Of a DNA stretch of 64,000 nucleotides, positions 28,001 through 41,006 are shown piece after piece. The DNA is from Chiloscyllium plagiosum (lineage: Eukaryota), in assembly GCF_004010195.1 (NCBI RefSeq), contig NC_057756.1, forward strand, positions 9,943,330-10,007,329, written 5' to 3'. The notes under the pieces were generated by a model. That model did not search any database. It was not told the origin of the DNA and saw nothing but the letters and a program-made list of their open reading frames with translations. Position 1 is the first letter of the stretch, and each line of letters begins with the position of its first letter. A program made the translations under genes and the position numbers.

Positions 28001-30175
28001 TTTAATTCTTTTTCTGCATTATTTCCAGTTTAATAACATTCTTCCCAAAGCAAGGTGACCAAAACTGAACACAGTACTCCAAGTGCAGCCTCACCAATGT
28101 CCTGTACAACTGTGACATAATTTCCTAACTTCTGTATTCAATGTCCTAACTGATGAAGGCCATTGTGCCAACAGTCTTCTTCACTGCTCTGTCTGGGGTG
28201 GCACGGTGGCACAGTGGTTAGCACTGCTGCCTCGCAGCACCACAGACCTGGGTTCAATTCCTGTCTCGGGCAACTGTCTGTGTGGAGTTTGCATATTCTC
28301 CCAGTGTCTGCGTGGGTTTCCTCCCACAGTCTAAAGATGTGCAGGTTAGGTGAATTGGCCATGCTAAATTGCCTGTAGAGTTAGGTGAAGGGGTAAATAA
28401 AAGGGTTGCTCTTCGGAGGGTCGGTGTTGACTTGTTGGGCCGAAGGGCCTGTTTCGACACTATAAGTAATCTAATCTACTTATGACTCCACTTTCAGAGA
28501 ATTGTACGCCTGAACTCTCTTTGTTCCACTATACTCCTTAAGGACCTACCATTCACATTGATTTGACTTTCCAAAATGCAACACTTCACATTTATCTGTA
28601 TCAAACTCCATTTGCCATTTCTTGGCCCCACTTCACCAGCTGCTCAAGATCCAGCTGCAATTTCTGATAACCATCCTCACTGTCCACGATAACACCTAGT
28701 TTAGTGTCATCTGCAAACGTATTAATCATGCCTTGTACATTCTCATCCAAATCATTGATACAGATAACAAACAGCAATGGGCCCAGCATTGACCCTGGGC
28801 ACACCGCTAGTCACAGGCCTCCAGTCCGACAAACACCCTTCCACTATTACCCTCAGCTTCCTACTATCAAGCCAATTGTATATCCACTTTGCCAGCTTGC
28901 CCTGGATTCCATACGATCTAACCTTTCAGAAAGCCTACCATGCGGAATCTTATCTAGGGCCTTACTGAAATCCATACAGACTATTCCTAGTGCCCTGCCT
29001 TCATCAACCTTCCTTGTCACTTCATCAAAGAACTCTAATAAATTTGTGAGACGTGATCTCCTAGCTAAAAAGTCATGCTGACTACTCCTAATCAAACCCT
29101 GTCTTTCCAAATGCATGTTTATCTTATTCTTCAGAATTTTCGCTCGTAATTTACCTACCACAGATGTCAGGCCTACTGGTCTATAGTTCCCATGTATTCT
29201 TTGCAGCCCTTCTTTAATAAGGGCACAACATTTGTTTCCATCCAGTATTCTAGGACCTCACCTGTAGCTCACGATGATGCAATTATATCAACCAGGGTAC
29301 CTGCAATTTCTTCTTTCGCCTCTTGCAGTGTTCTTGGCTGTATCTGGTCAGGACCAGGAGATTTATCCATCTTCATACATTCTAACATGTTCAATACCTC
29401 CTCTACTGTGATATGGACTGTCCCCAAAATATCACCGCTAACTTCCCCAAGTTCCTTAGTCTTCTTGTCTTTCTCCGCGGCAAACACAGAGGTGAAATAT
29501 TCGTTGAGGACCTCACCCATTTCCTCTGATACATATGTGTCCACTTTGGTTCTTGAGAGGTCCTTTTCTCTCTATAGTTACTCGTTTTCCTTTAATATAT
29601 TTAAATAATCTTCTCGGCCAAAACTATCTTGTGTCCCCATTACCTTCTTCAGTAATCTCCTGCATCCCCTGTATACCTCCAGGGATTCTCAACCTCAGCT
29701 GCTCCTACCTGAGCCATGCCTCCTTTTATTTTTCTGGTCACAGCCTCAATATCTCTTGTCCTGGGTTCCCTACTCCTGCCAAACTTGCCCGTCACCCTCA
29801 GAGGAACATATAGATCATGAACTCTAGCTATTATACTATTAAATACCACTTGCCAGAGGTCCCTTTGCCTGCAAACAAACTACTCCAATCCACCCCTGTA
29901 AGCTCCTGTCCAATTCCTTCGAACTTTGCCTTGCCCCAGTTTAGAATTTGAACCTGTGGACCAGTTTTGTCTCTCTCTGTAGCAATTTTAAAAATATTAG
30001 AACAATGGCCACTGGTCCTAAAGTGCTCCCTCAGCTGTCATCTCAGTCACCTGTCCTGCCCTATTTCCCAAGAGTTGGTGGTGTTTTGCCCCTTCCCAAG
30101 TACGACACTCCATATAATGCTTCAGGAAACTTTCCTGAACACACTTAACAAGTTCCATTCCATCAAAGCCCTTAA
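25040..30175 (-). mobile_element. Cluster of CR1 LINE remnants (~25040-26355, ~26820-27570, ~27575-30175) with HE1 SINE at ~28196-28480 (+)
   Basis: QHGFAKGKSCLTNLLEFFE, FADDTK and IRPHLEYCAQFWSP translations. Confidence 0.88.
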
Positions 30176-30736
30176 TTCTATGTTGTTTTACTGCTGGCTT
30201 CTGCTGGGGAAAGCAATTCCACAATCATGTGTGCCTTTCTCTCTTTTTGTATCTCTATGACTTGCTTCAACCTGCTCAGTTAACTAAGAACCAATTAGCT
30301 TCATGAGTGAATAACTCTTCCTCTTTGGATCATCTGCATATTACAGGAATCCACAGCCATAACAAAAATTCGCAGCAGTTACCAAATGGTGAAATTATGC
30401 AGCCATCCTGGTAAATTCCTGTTTTTAAAAACAGTACTTTCTCATTGCACTACACATTCTAAAAGTCCTTATGTGCCCCCATCCTTAAGGAAAATTAAAT
30501 GTCATTTCCAAAATGCATGTAATTACAAATCCATAATATATAGACTGCAAGACTTTCATTCTTCCTCCCCATTTATATAAATTTATGTTTTGGAACTTAT
30601 TACATTTTAATGTATTCTAACATTTTACTTCAAGTTTAGCCATAGCTGCAGTCACTGCACGTAATGGAAAAATTTCCACAACCTGTTCCTGCAACTATTC
30701 CATTTCTACAGCCTCAGCTGGACTTTCCGTGATTAT

Positions 30737-30957
30737 TGCTGAAAACGTGTTGCTGGAAAAGCGCAGCAGGTCAGGCATCATCCAGGGAAGAGGACAATCG
30801 ACGTTTCGGGCATAAGCCCTTCTTCAGGAATTCCTGAAGAAGGGCTTATGCCCGAAACGTTGATTCTCCTGTTCCCTGGATGCTGCCTGACCTGCTGCGC
30901 TTTTCCAGCAATACATTTTCAGCTCTGATCTCCAGCATCTGCAGTCCTCACTTTCTC
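30737..30957. mobile_element. Short palindromic Penelope-like element with two hammerhead cores
   Basis: Symmetry centre ttcaggaa|ttcctgaa at 30830/30831; TSD CTTTCCGTGATTAT (30723-30736, 30958-30971). Confidence 0.85.
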
Positions 30958-31464
30958 CTTTCCGTGATTATAGGCAAAGTTATGCTTTCACTCTTGCAAC
31001 AGCATTCCCCAGAAGTAAATGAACTCCATTTATTCACATGTAATTTCTAAACAACCCAACTCCTATACTCACAACAAGAAGTCACCGTCCAATGAAATCT
31101 CAAATCATAGAAATGGACTGTAAAAAGGGAAATACACTATTTATCTCTCTAGCTATTCATCTGAAAACATCTTGATTTTCAAAGAAGTCCCTGGAGAGTT
31201 TGCATAGTTCCTGTATCTCTTGTCAATCGACTTGGCTGCTTGCTTTGAAGAAAAAGAGATTATCTTTGCTTGAGATGAAAACAAACCTTCAAACCCTTCA
31301 TAAAACTGTTCATAAAACCTATATAGCTTATGTCATTCATTTACAATGCCTTTTTCTGGTCTCTTAGTTAATCTAGTGTTCGTCTGATCAGAACATGCCC
31401 TGTGTGAAGCTATGCAGTTGCCTGTACTCAAGTGATGTTCAAAAATGTGTGGATGGAAAAGCGC

Positions 31465-32220
31465 TGCAGGTCATCCTTCGTCATTTCTGCCACCTCCAAA
31501 CGGACCCCACCACCAAGGATATATTTCCCTCCCAAACCCTATCAGCGTTCCAAAAAGACCACTCCCTCCACGACTCCCTTGTCAGATCCACAGCCCCCAC
31601 CAACCCAACCTCCACTCGCGGCACCTTCCCCTGCAACCGCAAGAAATGCAAAACTTGCACCCACACCTCCCCCCTCACTTCCCTCCAAGGCCCCAAGGGA
31701 TACTTCCATATCCATCAAAAATTCACCTGCACCTCCACACACATCATTTACTGCATCCGCTGCACCCGATGTGGCCTCCTCTACATTGGGGAGANNNNNN
31801 NNNNNNNNNNNNNNNNNNNNNNNNNNNNNNNNNNNNNNNNNNNNNNNNNNNCCCTCATTTCCCCTCCCCCCACCTTGTCTCAACCAAACCCCTCGAACTC
31901 AGCACCGCCTTCCTAACCTGCAATCTTCTTCCTGACCTCTCCGCCCTATCACCCTCATCTTAACTTCCTTCCACCTATCGCATTTCCAACGCCCCTCCCC
32001 CAAGTCCCTCCTCCCTACCTTTTATCTTAGCCTGCTGGACACATTTTCCTCATTCCTGAAGAAGGGCTTATGCCCGAAACGTCGATTCTCCTGCTCCTTT
32101 GATGCTGCCTGACCTGCTGCGCTTTTCCAGCAACACATTTTTAAGCTCTGACCTGCTGCGCTTTTCCAGCAACACATTTTTAAGCTTTGATTGCCAGCAT
32201 CTGCAGTCCTCACTTTCTCA
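31465..32220 (+). mobile_element. Penelope-like element 3' part (GIY-YIG and terminal repeat)
   Basis: FTCTSTHIIYCIRCTRCGLLYIGE; hammerhead-like core at ~32056-32083. Confidence 0.88.
31795..31851. other. Small assembly gap (57 N)
   Basis: Run of N inside a Penelope-like element. Confidence 1.
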
Positions 32221-32629
32221 AGGGATGTTCCCCAAGCTCAGGCTGATGGGTGAGGGGGTTCATTTACATTGGGCCTTGTCATTGATAGAAGCATTGATTG
32301 AGTCAAGCTTCCTAAAAAAGGAGGCATGATGTAAGATGATGCTGCCCCCAACTCCAAGTTGACTGCTGGGAGTTGGTTTCTTGCGGATTGTTCATTCTTC
32401 TCATTGGCACTGAGGCTGGCATCCCATCACTAATCATCTCTTATTCACAAATACGTCGACTTTGACAACAGCACTGACTCTCACTGGGTCAGGCATCAGA
32501 GTGTCCAATATCCCTGCCAGTCATCCTTTTACTTTAGCCAGGGCTCCTTGATTGGACCAGAAGTGATAACCCCAATCAGGAAACTCATATTCAGCTGGCT
32601 GACCTTGTAAAAACCATCTCACTCAGGCT

Positions 32630-34170
32630 GTTTCCTTAAATTCTGGAACCTTTGCCTATGTATCTGAGGTACTAACACATATGCAGCCAATATAGCTTTC
32701 TTCACTGTATTATAATCTCAAGTATTCTTCTCTGACAGTGATGCATAGATTTCCTGTGCTTTTACTGTTAACTTACTCTGCATGAGAAATATCTAGACGT
32801 CTTTTCCCAATTAATTTGTCTTGCCATTTTTTCAAACGTCATGAAGAATGCCTTCACATGCTTTTCCTCAAACTTCACGCAGGACTGTTTAAAGCTTAAA
32901 TTCTTACTGGACTTAAATTATGATTCAAATGCTCCCCACCAGAACCTGCATCTAATATTTCCTGTATCAACTGTGCCATTTAAAAATTATATTCATATTC
33001 TCTCATTTTCTCTTCTCTTTGTAATTCTAAATCTAGTATTCTCATTTCCATTTTTCAATTCCACTCCTTCTCCTAATCTTTTGCTGTCCTTATCTTTTCC
33101 TCACCTTTGGAGTTCTATTTCCAATTTAATCACTCTCTTGTCATACTCATGCTGCTTTCACTGAAGTTGAACATTTCAATACCTTAAGTACTTTTCCCTT
33201 TCTGTATTTCCACTAAACCCAAGTGCAGTGCTAGTACCACAATTCGCCTTATCTTTTTTTCAAGTCAGGCAATGCCTTGAGCAAACCTTGAGTTTACCCA
33301 CTAAGACAATCAACTTTGATTTTGAAATTTCCTTTAAGACTGGCAGCAACAACACTGCCACCTGCAGCAAAATATTTGTTGTTCCCTGTCTTAACTGCAA
33401 TACACAATCTGGTGTTATTTTTACAATACCACACTCATATCCTCATTGCTTCTGTTTCCAACACAGTTCAATCCAATCCAAACCCAGGCAAACCCACAGG
33501 GGAAGTTTGCTGTAAATCAAACCGCAATCTTATAGGAGTGTATAAAAATACACACAATACCCTAACTTATTTGACTTTCAAACCAAGCTTGGTAAAAAGC
33601 ACAGACTAGGTTTTACTCTAACCAAGAAATATTAATTATTCCAAGTAATTCAAATATAGCTAAAAGTAACCAGAGATAAACCATTGGCATGTACTATCAT
33701 TACCTAAAACATTAATCTCTTTGCACACGTACACAGACTAATCACACAGGTTGAAAAACTGTAAAGCCAGCTCAACTGATTCCAATTTGAGATAATCTTC
33801 ATTGTGCTTTGGTGTCCAGTCATTTTTTTTTGAATACTTCCACTTGTTTGTTGGTGTTGCAGAATGGTCAGTTCACATATGAAATGTCTCTGATTTACCA
33901 ATTTAAAAGTTTGCTTTTACTGCAAAGTACAGAGAACTTGTGATAGGGAGACGAACTGCACAGACATCTGTCTTTATCTCTCTGTGTGTCTGCACCTATA
34001 ACTTGTTTCCACTTCCAACTTGTTCAGTTCGCTGAGAACCAGTTTGCTTTAGTTGCAAACAACCCCTTAGCTCCTAAATAGCTGAACATTGTTTTAGTGG
34101 CTGTGGCTGGTTACAGAATTCAGAATAGCATTCAAATTCCTGGCTGTGAAATTATGCAGCCATCCTGGTG
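32630..34170 (-). mobile_element. Old Gypsy-type LTR retrotransposon remnant (gag and upstream region)
   Basis: Lys/Glu-rich coiled-coil-like minus-strand composition. A linked segment near 30640-30720 reads FPLRAVTAAMAK, resembling Gypsy protease ends. Confidence 0.4.
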
Positions 34171-34195
34171 GAGCTCTTTTGGAAAACAGTTCTGA

Positions 34196-37100
34196 ACTAA
34201 CTGCACAGAGGTCGGTATCCCATCACCAAGTCACCTTCATTTACTTGTGCACAGTACACTGGCTGTGGATAGCCTGCTCAGAGTCATTTCTCAAAAAGAG
34301 ATTCTAATCTCCTGGGTATATTTTCTAATCAACCATCCAAAGACATTATCATGCACCTCTAGAGTAGGCAGGACTTGAATCCAGGATTCCTGGGCTAGAG
34401 TTAGGAACAATACTGCTGCACCACAAGAATCACTCTCCTAGTTATATTGGTCAGCCAGGGCTTTCTTGACTGACCCAGGTTAATAACCCCAATCATCGAC
34501 CTCATCGTCAACAAGGTTAATCTGGTTCCAATCCCTACATCCATACGCATCCAAATCAGGTCTTTGGCCATTTTCACCTCAGCTCCAGTTTCTGTGAGCT
34601 GGACTCTGACATGAGTGGCATATACCAGACGGTAAACCGCCTCTTGCACCTGCAGTGCCTCAGGAGATTTTTCTCCTCTCCCTCCAGCAATAATGGCATT
34701 AAAGCTGCATCCATCTCGGACTCTGAGGTTTACTCAAGATGGAGGGGAGAATGTACAGTTTTCAACAGGCCTTCTGGCGGTTTTGAGGGACTCCTGCCCA
34801 TTTGCAAGGTAACAGCTTTCAGGTTAAGATTAGATTAGATTAGATTACTTACAGTGTGGAAACAGGCCCTTCGGCCCAACAAGTCCACACTGACCCGCAA
34901 CCCACCCAGACCCATTCCCCTACATTTATCCCTTCACCTAACACTACGGGCAATTTAGCATGGCCAATTCACCTAAACTGCACATTTTTGGGCTGTGGGA
35001 GGAAACCGGAGCACCCGGGGGAAACTCACGCAGACACGGGGAGAATGTGCAAACTCCACACAGTCAGTCGCCTGAGGCAGGAATTGAACCCGGGACTCTA
35101 GCACTGTGAGGCAGCAGTGCTAACCACTGTGCCATTGTGCCACCCGTATACAGGTGATCCACATGTTTGTTCAGGATTCTATCACATACACAAATGTGCT
35201 AAGTGATGGGACTTGACCTCATATCAACTTTGCCTTGTAACCATTCAGGGCCACTTTCATCATTCCCACACCAAAGTTTATCCCCTGAATAAAATTGACT
35301 CTCTCGCTTAGAGGAGTCTTGTGGCTGGCATTAGCATTCCTGCTGCCATTTCACCCTCTCCCCAGGACTGGGAACATCAGGTTTAACCGGGTACAGAGTC
35401 TTCTCCCATCAGCAACTCTGCTGGAGCTATCCCTGTTGTTGAATGTGGGGTGGTACTATAAACAAACAGGAACTGGGTCAGTTTGGTAATAATTGACACT
35501 TTAGGCTGCTTCTTTAAGCCTGCCTTTAACATTTGGACTGTTCTTTCCGCTAGACCGTTGGATATTGAATGACATGAAACTGTTCTGATGTGCTGAATGC
35601 CATTGGACTTTAAAAAATACTTGAATTCCCTGCTGGTAAATAACGCTTCATTGCCCGTGACAAATTTTTCCAGAAGTCTGTGTATGGCAAACAATGCTCA
35701 CAGTTTCTCAATCATTATCTCCGAGTTTGCAGAACAAACTTTATGCATGTCCAGCTACTTTGAATGGGCATCCACAATGAGTAAGAACATTGAGCCTATG
35801 ATAAGAGCCGACATAGTTGATGATCAACTGAGTCCAGCGTTTTCCTGGACATTTCCATGAATGTAGGGGCACTGCTGATGACAATGTTTGCCCTTGTTGG
35901 CACTCTGAGCACTGCCCTACCAACGCAGCCACGTCATTATCCAACCCTAGCCACCAGACATAGCTTCTTGTGAGCATCTTCATCTTGGAAACCTCTGGAT
36001 GACCTTGGTGGAGTCTAGCCAGTCTCTGGCAGTGACCTTTACTCGGGACAATCACTCTTGCTCCCAGCAGCAATATGCCATCCTCTACGGTGATCTGGTC
36101 TCACCGAGTCCAGTAAAGGTTTAATCCTGGTTGTGATGGCCCTTCTGTTTGCTCCATGGCCACCAGATGTTTTAGTTTCACTAGCCCAGGACCTTTTTAT
36201 GTCCACAGTCAGATATTGTCAGCAGTGACTGGAAGAGTGCCCAGAAGTTCAAAACCAAACCGGACTGTTCTGGAGAGGCACTGCTGATGGAGTATCTGCT
36301 AATGGGAGGCGGCTCAAGGCATCCACATGAGCTACTTGGCTTCCTGGTCAGTGTTCCAAACTTTACTTGAACACGCTGAGAATAAGGGCCCAGCGTTAAA
36401 TTCTATCAGAAGCTACGGGCATCACCGTCGTGTCTTCCTTCAGTAGCCCCAGGAAGGGTTTGTGATCTGTTACAATGACAAATTAGCATCTGTAAAGGTA
36501 GTAGTAGCACTTCCTCACACCAAAGATAACTACCAAAACTTTCTTCTCTATTGAGGCGTATTTGCATCTGGCATCAGCCAAAGTCCTGGAAGTATATGCT
36601 AATCAGTCATTCCTCTCCATTGGGCCATCAGTGAATCAACACTGTCCCAATACTGTGTTGGGATTGGGGGGAATCATCATATGTCAGCTTTATCTCCCAG
36701 TTTGGATCATCGGGGTCAACAGCTGAGATGATGATAGCTGCTTCTTCACTTCCCTACAGGCTACTTCTTGGCTACACAACTATTTCCAATGACTCTTTTT
36801 CAATAACAGATGCAAGGATGCCAAAGTAAAAGCCAATTTATATATGAATTTTCCATAATAATTCATTAACCTGAGAAAAATCTAAGCTCCAGTACAGACG
36901 TGGGAGCCAAGGCTCCTTTGATGGCTCTCATTTTCACTTCCAAAAGGAGTAACCCAGGTTTGTTGACTCTAACCGAAGTAGGCTACTTGGGGTGTCTGGA
37001 AGAAACATTTAAGCACTATTATTTTATTAGTTTTCCTGGTTATTTACACATCATCAAGATAAATGACAACCTCGTGTAGCCCTTGTAAAATGTTCTCCAT

Positions 37101-37350
37101 GGACCACTGGTAAAGGTTGCAGGCTGATGATACCCTAAATGGCAATCTTGTATATTGATATAAACCCTTATGGGTATTAATTGTAGCATACCTCTGGGAC
37201 TCCTCATCCAGTCATAATTGTGGGTAGGTGTGGCTCATGTCCAGTTTCATAAAGGATAGCTCTTCCCTCCCCCCCCCTGCATTAACTCTGCATATAAATC
37301 CTCTATGCAAGGGATCAGGTATTTATCCAGCTGCAAGTAGTTTACCATTT
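34196..37350 (-). mobile_element. Degenerate Gypsy/Ty3 pol (RT, RNase H, integrase) with LTR-like end; HE1 SINE nested at ~34826-35146
   Basis: LHQGHPEVSKMKMLTRSYVWW, FTSREFKYFLKSNGIQH, SNGLAERTVQ and TTPHSTTG integrase motifs. Confidence 0.85.
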
Positions 37351-37369
37351 GCTTAAAATCCCCTCAAAG

Positions 37370-37665
37370 GCATCATGGTAGCCTACAAGCTTACCAATAC
37401 ACTTAAACAGCAGCTAATGAACCCAAAGGATCCATTAGATACTACCAGCAAAACTAAATGGCATTTACAAAATACCATGCAAGAACTGTAAAAGACTATA
37501 TTGGACAAACAAGCAGGAAACTCGCAACCAGGATACATGAACATCAACTAGCTAGTGGGACAGAATCATAGGACACACATTCTGTGTCCTATAATCCTGC
37601 CCCACTAGCTATCTGATGAGACTTTTAACTTAAAATCAATAAACACACGTTACCAACCCATCAAC
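37370..37665 (+). mobile_element. Penelope-like (Poseidon-type) GIY-YIG fragment
   Basis: IYKIPCKNC..YIGQTSRKLATRIHEHQLA. Confidence 0.7.
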
Positions 37666-38323
37666 TTTCTTTAAGCACCGTTCAGACTTGATAATGTTAC
37701 TTTCAAACGTTTGTCTATATACGACTCCTGATCCCTCTATCCTTGCACCGCCGCTCAATTCGTGTCATTCTGAAATATTTCCGATTAGAGAAGGAACGCG
37801 CAGTGTAAACCCAAAGGAAGAGAGGCAAATAGATTCAGATAAAAATATTACTTTGAATTGAATGCAGGGCATTGCGGAGATCCTCAATTTCACGAGAAAC
37901 TTTGTACACGAACAGAACACATGGCATCTTGAGATCCCCATCAGGTGCGGGACTGTCCATCAGAATAGTTTTGTGTACATTTCCTTGTCCGTAACATTCC
38001 ACTGGTATAAAAGATAACTCATGCTGAGTCAGGCATTATGGCACATAACGGATAATTTATTTATTATCTGCAGCAACATGCTTCACCCTTGTACCTTGTC
38101 TCAATCAACGACCAGAGGTCTCCCTGCGCCCTCACATGCTTCTATTACCGAATAACTTCCTAGTCCGCCTTTTCTACCCTCTTCCTTAAACCCACTCCGA
38201 ATAGTCTTACTACCCACTCCTCCCCTGCCACTCTCCCATTTTTCCTACTCCTTACACTCTGCACCTCCTCTTCCTGACTTCTTCCCTCCCTCTCCATATG
38301 AGCCAGACCTCATCCCCCCTCCT

Positions 38324-38524
38324 AGAAGAAAGTGAGGTCTGCAGATGCTGGAGATCAGAGCTGAAAATGTGTTGCTGGAACAGCGCAGGTCAGGCAGCAT
38401 CCAAGGAACAGGAGAATCGACGTTTCGGGCATTCCTGAAGAAGGGCTTATGCCCGAAACGTCGATTCTCCTGTTCCTTGGATGCTGCCTGACATGCTGCG
38501 CTGTTCCAGCAACACATTTTCAGC
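38324..38524. mobile_element. Short palindromic Penelope-like element with hammerhead core
   Basis: Inverted arms; CTGAAGA-A-GGGC-TTAT-GCCC-GAAACGTC; duplicated ctcatcccc flank. Confidence 0.8.
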
Positions 38525-39054
38525 TCATCCCCTCCTACCTTTGTAACGCAGTCCAAGGATTGCTCTGCTGCAGCAGGAAGGAAGCAAGTTCACGACATGG
38601 ACCTGGACCCAGATCGGAAGCAGATGACGGCTAAGGGTTTGGAGCCGGTTTCTGATTATCTTCAGCAGCCAGGTGCAGATGAGGATTCCGATCCTGATTA
38701 CCTTCAGGATCAGGGTATGGATCCACACAACGAACTGAACCAAGTAATAAATTACCATTCCCATTCTTCCGAAGCAGATTTCTGGTCAGCATATAACTCC
38801 GTCTTCCCATTGGCTCCCAATGGAGTTGCTCTCTTTTCTCATTGGTCCCATTGTACAGCTCCCTTTGGTCCCGCCCACTTTACCCATTGGAGGACTGATA
38901 GGTCACTCAACGCTGCCCAATAAACTTGTTGAACTATAACCCGGTGTTGTGTGAGTTTTAACCGTAAACGTGTTGGATTGGAACCTGGTGTTGTGTGAGT
39001 TTTAACTTCGCCAAGACAAAACAAAATCTGCAGATGCTGGAATCCAAGGTAGAC

Positions 39055-40280
39055 AGGCAGGAGGCTGGAAGAACTCAGCAAGGCAGGCAGCATCAGGAGG
39101 GACAGGCAGGAGGCTGGGGGAACACAGCAAGGCGGGCAGCACCAGGAGGGTCAGGCAGGAGGCTGGGGGAACACAGCAAGGCAGGCAGCATCAGGAGGGT
39201 CAGGCAGGAGGCTGGGGGAACACAGCAAGCAGGCAGCATTCAGGAGGGTCAGGCAGGAGGCTGGGGGAACACAGCAAGGCAGGCAGCATCAGGAGGGTCA
39301 GGCAGGAGGCTGGGGGAACACAGCAAGGCAGGCAGCATCAGGAGGGTCAGGCAGGAGGCTGGGGGAACACAGCAAGGCAGGCAGCATCAGGAGGGTCAGG
39401 CAGGAGGCTGGGGGAACACAGCAAGGCAGGCAGCATCAGGAGGGTCAGGCAGGAGGCTGGGGGAACACAGCAAGGCAGGCAGCATCAGGAGGGTCAGGCA
39501 GGAGGCTGGGGGAACACAGCAAGGCAGGCAGCATCAGGAGGGTCAGGCAGGAGGCTGGGGGAACACAGCAAGGCAGGCAGCATCAGGAGGGTCAGGCAGG
39601 AGGCTGGGGGAACACAGCAAGGCAGGCAGCATCAGGAGGGTCAGGCAGGAGGCTGGGGGAACACAGCAAGGCAGGCAGCATCAGGAGGGTCAGGCAGGAG
39701 GCTGGGGGAACACAGCAAGGCAGGCAGCATCAGGAGGGTCAGGCAGGAGGCTGGGGGAACACAGCAAGGCAGGCAGCATCAGGAGGGACAGGCAGGAGGC
39801 TGGGGGAACACAGCAAGGCAGGCAGCATCAGGAGGGTCAGGCAGGAGGCTGGGGGAACACAGCAACACAGCAAGTCAGGCAGCATCAGGAGGGACAGGCA
39901 GGAGGCTGGGGGAACACAGCAAGGGAGGCAGCATCAGGAGGGACAGGCAGGAGGCTGGGGGAACACAGCAAGGCGGGCAGCACCAGGAGGGTCAGGCAGG
40001 AGGCTGGGGGAACACAGCAAGGCAGGCAGCATCAGGAGGGTCAGGCAGGAGGCTGGGGGAACACAGCAAGGCAGGCAGCATCAGGAGGGTCAGGCAGGAG
40101 GCTGGGGGAACACAGCAAGGCAGGCAGCATCAGGGCGGGATAGGCAGGAGGAACACAGCAAGCCAGGCAGCATCAGGGGGGACAGGCAGGAGGGTGGGAG
40201 AACACAGCAAGCCAGGCAGCATCAGGAGGCTGGAAGAACTCAGCAAGCCAGGCAGCATCAGGAGGGACAGGCAGGAGGCT
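39055..40280 (+). repeat. 49-bp minisatellite, about 25 copies
   Basis: Unit gtcaggcaggaggctgggggaacacagcaaggcaggcagcatcaggagg; period 49 (for example 39301 and 39350). Confidence 0.95.
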
Positions 40281-40299
40281 GTAGGAACACTTAGTGTTC

Positions 40300-41006
40300 T
40301 TGTTTTGGAGACTAAGTGTAGTGTTATGGCAGCGCAGGCAGCGGAATATTCCTCCTGCAGGATGTTTGAGGTAGGGGTGACCACCGATGCTCCTGCCGAC
40401 TTCACCTGCAGGAAGTGCAGCCAGCGCCAGCTCCTCAAAGACCACGTTAGGGAACTGGAGCTGGAGTTGGATGAACTGAGGTTATTCGAGAGGCTCAGAG
40501 GGTGATAGAAGCTACAGGGACATAGTTACCCCAGAGAACAGAGGTAGCTGGGTAACAGTTAGAGGTGGGAAGGGGAGGAAGCAGGCAGTGCAGGGATCCC
40601 CTGTGGTCGTTCCCCTCAACAATAAGTATACCGCTTTGGATACTGTTGGGGGGGGACGGCCTAACAGGGGTAAGCTGCAGTGACCGGATCTCTGGCACGA
40701 GGTCTGGCTCTGAGGCCCAGAAGGGAAAGGGTGAGAGTAGGAGAGCGCTAGTTATAGGAGACTCTATAGTTAGAGGGACAGACAGGCGGTTCTGTGGACA
40801 TGGGCGAGACTCTCGGATGGTTTGTTGCCTCCCGGGTGCCAGGATCCTTAAGGGGGAGGGTGTGCAGCCAGAAGTCGAGGTGCACATTGGCACGAACGAC
40901 AGAGGTAGGAAGAGGGTTTGGGAAGTCATTCAGGAGCTCAGGGAGTTAGTCTGGAAGCTAAAAGCTAGGACGAACAGAGTCGTCATCTCTGGGTTGTTGC
41001 CGGTGC
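40300..41006 (+). mobile_element. CR1 LINE ORF1 (zinc finger, coiled coil, SGNH-esterase-like), truncated by the gap
   Basis: FTCRKC..VRELELELDELR; ALVIGDSIVRG..MVCCLPGAR..VHIGTND. Confidence 0.85.

Noticed and set aside
38995..40143. 382-aa Gly/Gln/Arg-rich ORF
   Set aside because: Artefact of a stop-free 49-bp tandem repeat; the peptide simply cycles through the three frames.
39055..40280. CRISPR-like array
   Set aside because: Units are contiguous with no unique spacers, there are no cas genes, and the context is eukaryotic.
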